This document shows, piece by piece, positions 24,036-35,411 of a stretch of DNA of 64,000 bases. The stretch spans positions 111,912,001-111,976,000 of the forward strand of contig NC_087436.1 in the NCBI RefSeq assembly GCF_036321535.1, given 5' to 3'. The notes beneath the pieces are model-generated. The model ran no database searches. It was given only the letters and a program-made list of their open reading frames with translations, and had not been told where the DNA came from. Made by a program: the position numbers and the translations under genes. Every line of letters begins with the position of its first letter. The stretch's first letter is position 1. The DNA is from Camelus dromedarius. Its lineage: Eukaryota.

Positions 24036-24474
24036 AAATGCTTAACGACTGCTTGACTGCTCAGTAATAGATTCCTTGGAGGCCGTCAGTCCACTGAGAA
24101 AAGACTGCTTAGAATGGTGGAGAGCCACAGGTCCTTTTGCAGGAGAAAACAAGGTCTTTTAGGATCTATCTCTGCCAGAAATATTAGGAGCCCCTAGTCT
24201 AGGGGCTAAAAATGGTAAGCATCGAGCATCACCAGGCCGGAGGTCAGCACAGGCTAACCGGATCAGCCATCTTCCTCTCATGGACCAAATGGGAATATGC
24301 CTCCTCGGGTCAGTGGACTCTTCTGTTCTTCATGCAGAATCATTTCCATTTGGCGTAGGCAAAATTAGTACAGTTCTTACCCCATTCACTGAGTTGCCTC
24401 CTTTGCAGAGCATCGAAGTTGATTTAAAAGAAATGAAAAGGAACATCCTTGCCCTTAAGGACTTCTTCATTTAG

Positions 24475-24659
24475 ATCTGTTATTTAACCTGGGCATGAGG
24501 GCAGTTTTTTGAGGCTTTATAAAGTCTGAGATTCCTTTGAAATTATGTGTAGACTCTTGTCTGTGTAGATACATGTATTTGTTTTTCTACTGAGAGGATA
24601 CAGAGCTTTTATCAAGTTCTCTGAGGGGTTTACCACTCCAAAAACGATGAGAAGTACTG
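24475..24659. mobile_element. MER103C-like hAT-Charlie MITE
   Basis: ttaacctggg...tgaaattatgtgt...cagagcttttatcaagttctctgaggggtt...aaaaacgatgagaagtactg. Confidence 0.6.
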
Positions 24660-24684
24660 GAAATAAAAACTTCTCTAGATGCCT

Positions 24685-24915
24685 ATCATTTATTTAGCAT
24701 GGAGTATACACACTACGTTATATTGCTCCTTTTAATCCTCAAAACTACTCCATGAGTTAGTGTAATTTAATTACTGGAAAATACCACAGTAATTTCATAG
24801 ATGCAAAAACTCAGGTCAGAGAGACTCAGTTCCTTTTTAATACCAAACAGATTTTAAGCATGGGCATCACATCTCAGACCCAAATCTGTTATACTCTCAA
24901 GAATGTGCTCTACTT
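24685..24915 (-). mobile_element. MIR SINE
   Basis: tttaatcctcaaaactactccatgagttag...tttcatagatgcaaaaactcaggtcagagag. Confidence 0.65.
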
Positions 24916-24989
24916 TTATCTTGACGTATATTTTATTAAAGCGGCCCATAGACTCATGGATTTAAAATTAAATGGTACTTTCAAAAAAG

Positions 24990-25737
24990 TTTTCTTCTGC
25001 TTCCTGCATTGTCTCTTTCCTTTGGGTTTTCCCCTCATTTTTGTGGGGGCTCATTTTTCCATTCTGTGTTGGAAACTTTGCTTAAATCTGTGAAATCCTT
25101 GGCTACCTTCTGATATTAGTCATGTGCTGCAGAAAAGCTAATTACAAGCTCTGAGCACAGGTACAGCTTTGTGCCTGGTGGGTCTCACTACTGGGGGACT
25201 GGGTACCAGCTGGCGTTTTCACTGGAGTGACCCATATGAGTTTCTGGAGTTTGTTTTCTGGACCTTTTATATTTCTCCAGGCAAGAACTTTCCAATTCCC
25301 TGCTAGGGTATGTGAGACCTGCTGCTGTTAGGAGGCAGTTAGCAGGTCTGGGGAGGGAGGAGGGTGGGGCAGGGGGCCTGATCCTGTAAATGCTCAGGAA
25401 ACAGAACCTGCACTTACAACTGTGTGTTTCACTCACCTTCTCCAGGCACACGTCCGACCTCTGAGCCTTTCTGGGTTCTGTAGGATGAACTGGCTCGCTC
25501 CTCTTAGGTACCCCTCTTTGCAGGCTGCCATCTTCTAGGTGTCTCCCTTTCAGTGAAGATATTCCTGCATCTCTATTCAACTTCCATCTTCCAAAAATGT
25601 ATCGAATCATTGCATCCATTTCACCTCTTCCATTTCCTTTGACCCCTGAAGTCACACATTTTCTATTCCTTCTCTGTCTTCCAGATGGCAGTTTTAAAGA
25701 ATGCATGTGGCCCTGCCACAATTCTAAAATGGAAGTT
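24990..25737 (-). mobile_element. HAL1 (Half-L1) / old L1 5' region including the 5' terminus
   Basis: ctgagcctttctgggttctg, cttccatcttccaaaaatgt; ends gccacaattctaaaatggaagt, a degenerate reverse complement of the acttccgg...atggcgg start. Confidence 0.7.
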
Positions 25738-27359
25738 TCTTTCTACTATCATGCCGTCTCTCGATATCTATCAATATCTTGATATCCAAACTCTGAGAGA
25801 CGCAAGAAAACTTTCGAGGGGTTCTGCCCTTAAACGTCGTAATCCTCCCCTGATGAACTCATGCCCATAGATCATGCACCTCTAACACCAGCACACGAGT
25901 GTACATCCAAGAGGGAGTTTACAGATTAAGGGCTGGAAGTCTAGACTTTGCCTACCCAGAGGGATCCAGAAAGGTTCACTCAACAAGATGGAGATACGTG
26001 TATCTGAGACTAAAGGAAAACTATGAGCCAAATCCTAAAGGCAGACAAGTTCAGGGGCAGAGAAAAAACAGTGAGTCCATCAGCTTGGCTTCAGGAAAGG
26101 AATCCAGGGAAGGAAGTATTGATGCACGGATCCTGACAGATGCCAGGTGGAGGCAGGTCTTAAATGTTTGATTAGAAGTTTGAGTATGATTTTGTCTGAA
26201 GATGATGGCTTGTCCCTGACATCCTACAAGCAGATGGTATAGAGTGTCTGTAAGAACTGAGGGGAGGCTTCCTAGAAGGGACGTATTGGGAGCAGAGAGA
26301 GAGATGGAAACATTTAGAAACAGAGGAGAAAATTACACATTGGGAAGGGAAGAAAAGGAAATGGTTTGGCAGAAGTAGGGGATGAGCAAGAGAAAGATTC
26401 CAGGAAGAGACTGAAAGTTAGAGGAAAGGAGAGAAAACCAAGTATGCCTGTCTGCCATGATGGGAGGAATGTGTCTGTTAGGACCCAAGAGGACAGAAAA
26501 TCGCTAAAGAGTCTTCAGGTTTGGACTAACCAGGGCATGCCACGTGGGCTGGGTGACGTCCTAGGTGCCGACAACCTTGAGCTTTTCTGTGAGTCTTTGT
26601 GATTTTTGCTCAGATTCCTGCTCCCTCCCCCTCCAGTTACCAAAGTGTGGACATATGTGCAACATCTTAGAAAAAGAAAAACAAGATAATCTTGATTTTG
26701 TGGTTCCGGCAAAACATGAACATTGAACTGTATGCAGACATGAGAACTTTCACAATCTATTCACATTCCAGATTACTTTTTTTTTTTCCATTTTCAAAAA
26801 TGAAGACTCTTCCACATTAATCTGCTTAGCAAATCTTAGGAACTAAATTCAAAGCCTTACATACCTATTGCCAAGCGTAGGAGGACTGTAGACTTTTCTT
26901 ACTCAATGTGCTCATCCCATTTGTTTTTTTGTTTTTGTTTTCCTTTCCAAGTAGGGTCAGAATATTCTGAATATGTTGAAGAGGAAAGAATGAAGGCATC
27001 TTTTAGATGCATCTTGGTACTTATTTTCTTACAGTTTTCATAATTCCAAATTCCCTTTGAGAACACCAGCCCGCCCCCAGCCACTGCACATTGTCCCTCG
27101 TTCCCAGGCTGGCCGCCAGCTGTCTGGGTAGCGCTGCCCTGGGCGGAGCTGCCTTCTGTGCTCACCAGGAGATTCCAGAAAGCACACTCCTGATCTGGAT
27201 TCCTGTCTCCTGGTGGCGGTGGGGGCTCTGTTTTTATTTTATGAGCGCTTCTTTTAAGTATGGCAGGATATAAAGATGAATATCACATGAGAATTCTCCA
27301 AATGCCTTTTCTGTGAAACTGGGTTGTGCTCTCTTGGGCTCTCCTGGGAATCTTCCTCT

Positions 27360-27720
27360 AGGTCCCGTCTCCGAATCACGATCATGATTGAACCACTACA
27401 CCAATCAAGCCTTGTTCAGTATTTAATCAATCTCGAATTACCCGCCAAGTTGTTGCCGTTCAAATGTCAGTCTCCTGAAGCTCTTTCCATTTGCATTTTA
27501 CATACCTTTTCTATTCTTTTTTCCCCTTTTCCTCTTTTTTTTTCTTATTGTCATTACTCTTTCCAAAATGTTTACGCTTGTTGAAAACAGCAGATTTTCT
27601 CAAGTATTTGCTGTCAAATGAACAAGCTAATAAATCATACATGGGTTTAGAAGGAGGATTTCCCCCCTTCCACGGCGTGCAGGTTAAGCAGTTGTTGAAA
27701 ACGCTCGTTGAAGAGCTCTG
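27360..27720. promoter_or_regulatory. Candidate conserved non-coding element with MEIS + PBX-HOX site pair
   Basis: CTGTCA 27611-27616 and ATAAATCA (TGATTTAT) 27630-27637; repeat-free, CpG-retaining sequence. Confidence 0.4.
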
Positions 27721-28449
27721 TCTGTCTGTGGAACCCTCTGCAGGAGGAGCCCTGCTCACCAGAGGGAGGCAAAGGGAATTGCTATGCACTGGAGAGGCAC
27801 TGTCTTTTGCATAACAATTTCATCCATCCATTTGATGGTGCATAGTCATATTCTAGGGGCAGAATTTCAGCATTTACAAATTTGTGGAAGTAGGAAATGT
27901 AGATCAGCTTCGGATAAATGTAATATTTACCTCTTTGTTTTAAATGGCCAGGATCCCCGAAACTGAGGTTCATTTCTATCCTTTTGCTTTTGTTTACACT
28001 GAAATTAATCCCAGAAGGTTACAAATACTGAGCTATTGGTAATAGATGTGCTCCGGTAACTCTCGTTTTGTGATAAATGCGGTTTGAAATCAGTCTGCTC
28101 AATTATGATCTGATTATTGTTTTTGTCTTAATGTTTAGCTAGCTCCTCCTATCTACTTATCTGTCTGTCTTCTATCTACATATTTCTCAATTAATCCATA
28201 ATCCACAAATTGATTAAGTAGAGCATTAGAGCTGAACCAGTCTTATAGATGTTACTGGTTTATATACACATAATAATTATAGATAGTGAATATATATATG
28301 TGCTTTGTACACATACATACCTAAAATTAGTTTCATGGGTTATTAAGAAATAAACTAAATTTGGGGTGTTTTAATTATATTAAGGCTTTCTAGAGAAAAT
28401 GAAAAGAAAATTGCTATGGATTAATCTCTGTGGGAAAGAATTTGACTAT

Positions 28450-28780
28450 ATATCATCCCACATATTGTTTAATTCTCATAACAACTCCCTGATGCGGATG
28501 TGAGAAAAACCAAATCGCAGAAGGTGACGTCCATTGCCCAGAACTGTGGAGCTGGGTTCAGGGCGTTCTTCTATTTCACTAGAGGCCAATCAGCTTCATC
28601 TCAGGAAGCCCCCAGTTTGGCTGCTGGAAACATCTTAACCCTGGGCTCAATTGGAAAAAAAAAAGAATACTGATCAATTCATTTACCTACTATGTGCTTA
28701 ATGTTCTAGGAGCTGGGCAAACACCAGTGAAGAAACAGACAAGTTCCCTGCCCCTAAGAACTTACATTCCAGGGGACAAC
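28450..28780 (-). mobile_element. MIR fragment (about 28450-28580) and L2 3' end (about 28670-28780)
   Basis: tttaattctcataacaactccctga; acctactatgtgc...gtgaagaaacagacaagttccctgcccctaagaacttacattcca. Confidence 0.7.
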
Positions 28781-29319
28781 AACGGATCAGGCAGGGACGT
28801 CTGCCGTGGGGATGAGGAGGGGCCAGCCCACTTACAGTGATGAGTTGTGGTGCCTCCATCTCACCACTGGAATAGAATTAGAGCTAAATCATGTGCCATC
28901 CTCATCTCCTTTAGGAAGGAACACTTTTCTTCTTTATCTCAAGGACTTGCGTTGGATAACGTTGCATTACCCTCAAGGTCTTGCACTGGTCTTGTTTTGG
29001 ATATCATGTGGTCACCCAGAGACCTACATGGATCACAGACTGGACACAACCAATAGTTGTCTAAGGTACCATATTTGCCTTGGGGATTGTAAGTCTCAGG
29101 AAAGATCAGAATCTTCGAGCTCTCCTCACACTTTGCATCACTAATCTGGAGAACCCTAGCTCCTGTATCAGAGGTATCATTTTCACTACTTTTTTTTTCT
29201 TTTTCTGGCTTATCTCTTCACTCAATTAATGGCCACATCTTGGATTCATATTTCAAAAAAATTACTGGAGCTGTGTACTCCAAGTCCTTAAGTCTCATTA
29301 TGCCATCGAAACAGGTCTT

Positions 29320-29683
29320 GTCTTTTTGCCTGGCGTGTCTTTCTTACATCATCTGCCTAGCAAACTAATCATCCTTCAAGGGCTTTCTCTGTAGCCACCT
29401 CCTCCAGGAAGCCTGCCTTCTCTGAACTTCCTAGACATAGCTCCTAATGCATTGAAAACACTTCTCTGTCAACTCACATGTATTTACTCAGCACCTACCA
29501 TGTCAGTTACCATTGAGTCTCCACTAGCCTGTACTACTCTGAAGTGAAACACTTTCTTTCCTGTCTCCCTCACGTGGCTCTAAGGCTGAGATGCCCACTG
29601 TTTTATTCACTTTTATATCCCCAGCACCCAGGCTTATACTGGGACATGGTGCGCATTCAACAACTATGTGTTGAGTTAAGGAA
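29320..29683 (+). mobile_element. L2 3' portion
   Basis: tcatccttcaag...cacctcctccaggaagcct...ttattcacttttatatccccagcaccca...gcattcaacaactatgtgttgagt. Confidence 0.8.
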
Positions 29684-29989
29684 ATCTGCCTCGGCCTTGA
29701 AAGATGCTCTGGAATGCTTCCGAAATTGGATGGATTAAAGATGCCAAAACTTTGGCCTGTGAGGTTGTGGGAAGAGTCAAAGGAGGGAGTTAGACTTTGG
29801 GGTTCAGGCAAAGTTGAGATCGCACAGGTTTAACTTCACATTCCATGTAGCCTCTTGGACAGAGAAGTGCTTAGCATTCCTCAAGTTTAAAAAAAAAGAT
29901 GATGACCATACTTTGCACATAAAGTGGGCTCAATAAAACGATACTGTATGGGTTAGCTAAGACAGTTTTTAGAACAGGCACTCATCCCA

Positions 29990-30640
29990 GCCACCCGTGA
30001 GGTGACTTGGTCATGACATGTGAGCGGCTTGTGGCGCCATCAACGTTCTAACTCGTCTTCAATGTCCACAGTCGAGTGGTGATTAACGGGTGCCATTCTG
30101 CTTCGTCAGAAAGCACGTGTGCTCACGAGATTAATTCCCATTAATCTTTCATTTATGTCTAAAACCCAAAAGATAGTGGTCAGTCTTTCAAATGGATATC
30201 CTACGGCAGCAAATGACAACGTCATACTTTTACATGATGGGCAATACTTTCATTTCTAAGTTGGCCCGCCCCTGTGGAACTCAAGTGCAGTCTCACTTTG
30301 CAGAGCCACACAGTGACTGGTGTTGTGATGCGGTGTTTAAATATAGATGTAAATAGTTAACACTCCTTTGAAAAGGAATCAAATCCTCACTTATAGCCTT
30401 TATCAACCAGCTGGTTCTTGTAAGCGTCTTCCCGATCTGTGTGCAAACATTACTTTTAAGCGATCAGCTGGCATAATTAGGTAAGATTGTACACTAGAAG
30501 CACAATTCAGTTTGCTCTTCATCTCGGCTGGAGGAAGAAGCAAGCATCAGGGCTGATGATACGACGGTAAGTTAGATGGGGGAGATGTTTCCAGCAGCTG
30601 CAGTACCTTGCTAATCAGCAGGGCTAGTTATTTATTTATT
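29990..30640. promoter_or_regulatory. Candidate conserved non-coding island (possibly containing a small exon)
   Basis: Repeat-free, many CpGs; CACGTG 30114-30119, CACGAG 30124-30129, inverted AGATTAAT-N4-ATTAATCT 30128-30147; donor-like AG|GTAAGA at 30481 and CG|GTAAGT at 30567. Confidence 0.45.
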
Positions 30641-30959
30641 TGTTTTTCTTTCTTAGTTCAAAGGTGTGGCTTTGCAGAACCTCAGCCAGGGAAGTAATTA
30701 TGCAGCCCGGTACTAGGGGTGCAGGCATCATTGTTGGCACAGAGAGCGGCTCCGCTGGGTCGAGGTATCCGTGTTTGATTTTCTATCTGGATGTTTTAGT
30801 ATCTAATGCCTCTTTACAATTTTTTTTTTCTCTTAAAATTCTCATTGCATCCTAGATTTAAATCAGATTCAGGGACACTGAATTTAAGACCTGGCTGGGG
30901 ATGGGATTGGGAACGACTTCAGAGGCAAAATGTTGCCAAATAAGTAGGAAGATGTTGAG

Positions 30960-31115
30960 CAGGGGAATCAGCACAAGTAGCAGCTCGATGACGGAAGTGG
31001 CCGCGGAGTGAGAGACCCGCATTCTAATGCCAGCTGTGCCCACTGGGCAGGTCACTAACCCTCCCTTGACCTTATTCTGTGATCCGTAAAAATGGGAGTT
31101 TGGAAATCATCCCCA
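30960..31115 (+). mobile_element. MIR3-like SINE
   Basis: gagacccgcattctaatgccagctgtgccc...gggcaggtcactaaccctc...ccgtaaaaatgggagtttgga. Confidence 0.6.
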
Positions 31116-31716
31116 AATGGATTGAGTGCCAGTTATGCATCAGACTCGGGGGTGAGTCTCACCCCGTGGGGCTCAGCTGCCCAGGAAGACAGACAAGCTG
31201 GGTGAAGATCAGTGCGAGAAGGGTCCCGATAGGGAGAGTGTGGGGCACTGTGGGTTAGCAGGACCTACCCGGGGCCTGGAGCTAGACCGGCCAGTGTCAT
31301 AACCATCACTGAGATCACTAGCTGCATGGTCTTGAAGAAAACACCAACACCTAATGCACTGGACTGTCAAGAAATATGTAGAATATCGCCTGACGTATAG
31401 TATGTGCCCCAAAAGTCTAGTTGTTAATAAAGGGACATAGAACAGAGCAAAGCACAATTAAGTAGAGGGTATGGGAAGGCCAGACCTCTGAGAGGAAATA
31501 GTAAATTGAGACCTGATAAAAAAATCCAGGGGAAGATCTTAAGGCATCTCCCACTTAACAAGCTCCCGAGGTTAGCTGACATCCTCCCCTCTGTAAAACG
31601 TATTGTTGAAGACCAAAGCTCGTGGCCAGCTGGCCATGCTGCCTTGGCTTTAACCAACGTTCCGTTAACCTACCAACTCCCAGGTCTTCTTCTACCAGAT
31701 AAAAGAGCTCCTAATG

Positions 31717-31858
31717 CCAGAGAATATAGCTAGTATTTTATAACAACTTTAAATGAAGTATAACATTTAAAAGTGGAGAATCACTATGTTGTATACCTGA
31801 GACTTCTGCAATATTGTACATTCACTATACCTCAATATAGAAATAGAATTCTTTTTTG
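31717..31858 (+). mobile_element. L1 extreme 3' end (older cetartiodactyl/laurasiatherian type)
   Basis: gaatatagctagtattttataacaactttaaatgaagtataac...gaatcactatgttgtatacctgagact...ctatacctcaat; degenerate TSD aaaagagc at 31701 and 31859. Confidence 0.8.
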
Positions 31859-31920
31859 AAAAGAGCATCTACTATAAAAATAATTGTTCCTATTCAGGGG
31901 GCAGGTCCTGGGCACAAATG

Positions 31921-31981
31921 ACAGCTCAGGTGTGCACGGACAGGTACAGCTCAGGTGTGCATGGACAGGTATACCCAGGTG
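31921..31981. repeat. 25-bp tandem duplication plus partial third unit
   Basis: acagctcaggtgtgcacggacaggt (31921-31945) and acagctcaggtgtgcatggacaggt (31946-31970); one CpG-type C/T difference. Confidence 0.95.
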
Positions 31982-33194
31982 ATCTCATTTAACCTTTTTT
32001 TTTTTTTTTGCAATCTTAATAAGTCTTCTTTTTATGCTCATTTGACAAATGAGCCCCTAACGTGGTAAGTAGGAGAGCTGTTTTTTGAGTCTAGATCTCT
32101 TTGAGGCCAAAGCCACCTCGTCTAAAAGGTCTTTAGAGGTTTGTCAGGTGAAAAAAGTGACCCAGAGCCTTCCAGGGAGAGGGAACAGCATGTCCAAAGC
32201 CTCAGAGCAGAGCTGAGTTCGTTCTAGGATTCCTTTCTTCCAGTTCTGATATCGTATTATTTAATAACGGCAGCCTTGTAGAAAACGAGTCTTGGAGAAC
32301 TCAGGGGATTTGCCCAGTGATTTTTACACATAATACCTTTATCATGCTTGCTTGTTTGTTTGCTTTTATTTGTTTGTTTTTATCATTCTCAGGTGCCAAA
32401 AATAAAATTCTTTCCAATATTCCATACGAAAGGGCAGTGGTTTTAAAGACTGGTCTATTTTCAGCATTTTTGAAAAGCAAAATCAAAGCAGTGCTCTTGA
32501 TATTGAAACACTGCACGAAAGCCCTCAGGACAACTAAATCATTGCCTTCTTAAAGACGGGTCCCGGGAGCCCCTCTCCAGCTGCTTCCAATCCTTTGCTG
32601 TCCCTGGTGAGTGGGAGTGGTGACATGGTGACAAAGGAAAAGAAGGTGGGAGGTGCCAAATGGGTAAGATATTTTGGAGAAAATCAACTCCAGCTTTGCA
32701 CACACTCTGTTGACAAAACTAGTATTTTTTTTTCTTCTGCAGCTGTGACGCATTTGGTGATTAGTCAACCCATTTTTAAATGATCAAATAATGATTAAGA
32801 AGTAAAAAACTGTAAATATTTAGAACATGACAAGACCATTGCTAATGGAAACTTGGCATTTAGAGAAATCAGGCTCAAGGGAAAGAAAAAAACTCCCTTA
32901 TCCAGTTGAACATTATCAGTCTGATCATTGTCCTTAAGTGACTTTAAAAATCAGATTTGAAACTATCAGGCTGTTTTGAGTAGGTATTGTGCAGAAAAAT
33001 TTTACTATGTTTTCCCTCAATTCTCTCTTTCCCTCCCTCCCCTGCCAAAATATGCGACAAATAGGGGTTGGAGTTAGAAGGATTCAAAAAGAGATCTTTA
33101 AATACAGAATAGCCACGTGGGAAGAAAGTGCTGGATATGTGAGATCTCTGCCTCCCCGTTTCTCCTGGAGAACACACTGGGCCCATTTCCTCCA

Positions 33195-33545
33195 GAGGAG
33201 CTTTGTCCCAGCAAGTTCACTGCCAGGAAAACTCTGCCCTCAGGTTTGCAGGGGGCTGACTTCTTCCTGCCATTCAGCTCTCAGCTCAAATGTCACTTCC
33301 TGAGAGGTTCCCTTGACCTGTACGTGTGAAGTCATCACTGATCTTCACAGGCTGTTTTTTTTTTTTTTTTTCCCCTCATCACACTTATCACTATCTGCAA
33401 TGATCTGGTTCCTTTATTTGTTTTCTTGTCAACCCTCTCCCCTAAGCTGTAAACTCCAGGGGACCTCGTCTGGTTTGCCACTGCCTAGAGCAATGTCTGG
33501 CACAAAGCAGGCATCCAATAAATTTTTTTTTTAGTAAGTGAAAGA
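33195..33545 (+). mobile_element. L2 (L2a-like) 3' end
   Basis: cattcagctctcagctcaaatgtcacttcctgagagg...gctgtaaactcca...gcctagagcaatgtctggcacaaagcaggcatccaataaat. Confidence 0.9.
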
Positions 33546-33849
33546 AAATAAGTGCCTTTTAAAAAAAGTAAAGTGCCCCATAAATATATTATTACGTGAA
33601 AACTGAAATCAGAAAATATTTTTTAATCCAAAATATTTATAATGTCATTTCTAAGTTTTTGGAGCCAACCATATCCTATATTTTACCTTAAAGCCTGTTT
33701 TAACTTTACTCCTCATGCACTACTTACCTGAATGCCAATTTCTAGATGTTTAAGAATATAATATTGGAATTCATTTCCAACAATAATAAAGTGACTTTGC
33801 ATTTAGAGTAAAAATATATCTTGCTTGTTGGCTGAGTATACAGGGAGGA

Positions 33850-34260
33850 GTCTGCACTGGTTTATATTTGAGAGAAGAAAAATGACAAAGTCCCGTATTC
33901 CAGCCAACAGAATCCAACAGATCAGAGAAACAAGGTCATGAACAATTCATGTGGACGCAGTACCTGTCAACATCTGCGGAACAGTTCAATCGTACAATTT
34001 CAGCATAAAAGGAAACTTACAGCTCATTCACTTAACCCAGTCCCTAAATTCGACACTTGTATCGCTAAATCACGTGTTTAATTTTGCAGATTGTATCCTC
34101 TAAATTAATTTAGCATTGATATGATACTGCTCACATGTGTGTTTTAAAATATTCTCTTGAGGTTTAATTTCTAGACATCATTACATTTAATAGAAATTGA
34201 ATTGTCCATGCTATGTCCCAAATTGGGAGGGTGGTCCTAAAGCTTTTGAGATAGTAAAAT
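33850..34260. promoter_or_regulatory. Candidate conserved non-coding island
   Basis: Repeat-free; CAAGGTCA 33931-33938, AACAAT 33941-33946, CTGTCA 33964-33969, TAAATCA/CACGTG 34066-34076. Confidence 0.35.
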
Positions 34261-34622
34261 TTGATTAAAAATATTGTTTGAGATGAATACAGGATGTATG
34301 AGCTGAGGCTTGGGAACATTTGCTGTCCAGAGACTTTTGTCCTGGATGCAGGAAGATAGGGTGCAGGAATAGTGTTTTTTTTTTTTTTTTCTTTTCTTTT
34401 ACCAAAATTTGACCTAAAGTAGAGTATATTTTTTGAGTTTGAATAATAAGATATGACCTGATAAATATGTCAAGTATATTAGAACAAATAGTCATTTCAT
34501 TCAGGGTCTTGTTCAAAGTAAATTAGGTACAGCCTCTGTTTTATACAAAATTATGGTTGAAATGATCATTCCCAGAATTCTATCTTTTTGATCTGGAAGG
34601 AATCAAAAAAGGTCACCTAGCC

Positions 34623-34680
34623 CAGTGGCTTTCAGACTTTTCTATTATCTACAGTAAGAAATACATTTTGTGGGCTCCAG

Positions 34681-34714
<34 letters not shown>

Positions 34715-34870
34715 CACACACACGCAAATAGGCAACCACAACTGAAATAAAAGATTCATAAACAGTGCTCCCCCTCCCTGCATAAGATACCCCCTGTTTT
34801 TCTATTTTATACCACTTCATTTAAAAAAATGTTGGTTGTGCCTTTATAAATTGATTTGAAGAACACATTA
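34623..34870. mobile_element. hAT-Charlie MITE (MER113-like) with internal (CA)n, nested in an antisense MIR3
   Basis: cagtggctttcagacttt...acagtaagaaatacatttt...cacacaca...actgaaataaaag; flanks ctggaaggaatc...ggtcacctag and cttcactttacaagtgggaagacagag rejoin as MIR3. Confidence 0.65.
34681..34723. repeat. Interrupted (CA)n microsatellite
   Basis: Direct reading; one aa interruption. Confidence 0.97.
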
Positions 34871-35109
34871 GTGTGGAGGACCCTAATCTGGCCCAAATCC
34901 TTCACTTTACAAGTGGGAAGACAGAGATGCAGACGTGGGAAGCTGCCTTCCCGAGTTCACACCAGATTCAAGTAGCCCTGTTGCTATGCTGTGTGTCTTG
35001 ACATATTGTGTCTTCTCTCTCATTCCAATCAATGAGCCTATAAAACCATAAGAAGAAGCTACAGTTGAGTTAAAAAGAAAGAAATCACACATTTCTTGGG
35101 TTTAAGCCC

Positions 35110-35260
35110 AAGGCCTCAGTGGCAAGCTTCCTAACCTCTCTGAGCCTTGGTGTGCTCGTCTCTTACACGGGGACTTAAACGCTCAAAGTAACGAGCCAAC
35201 GTAGCTCTGTTGGATGGTTATCAAGACGACATGGATGAAAATGCCTGCTACAGTTCCTAG
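35110..35260 (+). mobile_element. MIR fragment
   Basis: ggcaagcttcctaacctctctgagccttggtgtgctcgtct. Confidence 0.65.
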
Positions 35261-35411
35261 GTCCTGTTCTTCTACCTTACTTCCCCTGCTCCCGCAAAAT
35301 AATACTAATTTTTAAAGAAAAAAGCAAAAAAAAAAAAACCCAAACAACAAAATACACAATAATGTATTTTGGTTCAACTGCCTTAAAGTCAACCTTCTCT
35401 AAAATACTGGT

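Noticed and set aside
25188..25721. 177-aa ORF (longest in window)
   Set aside because: Falls wholly within the HAL1/L1 5' fossil; no protein motif recognised.
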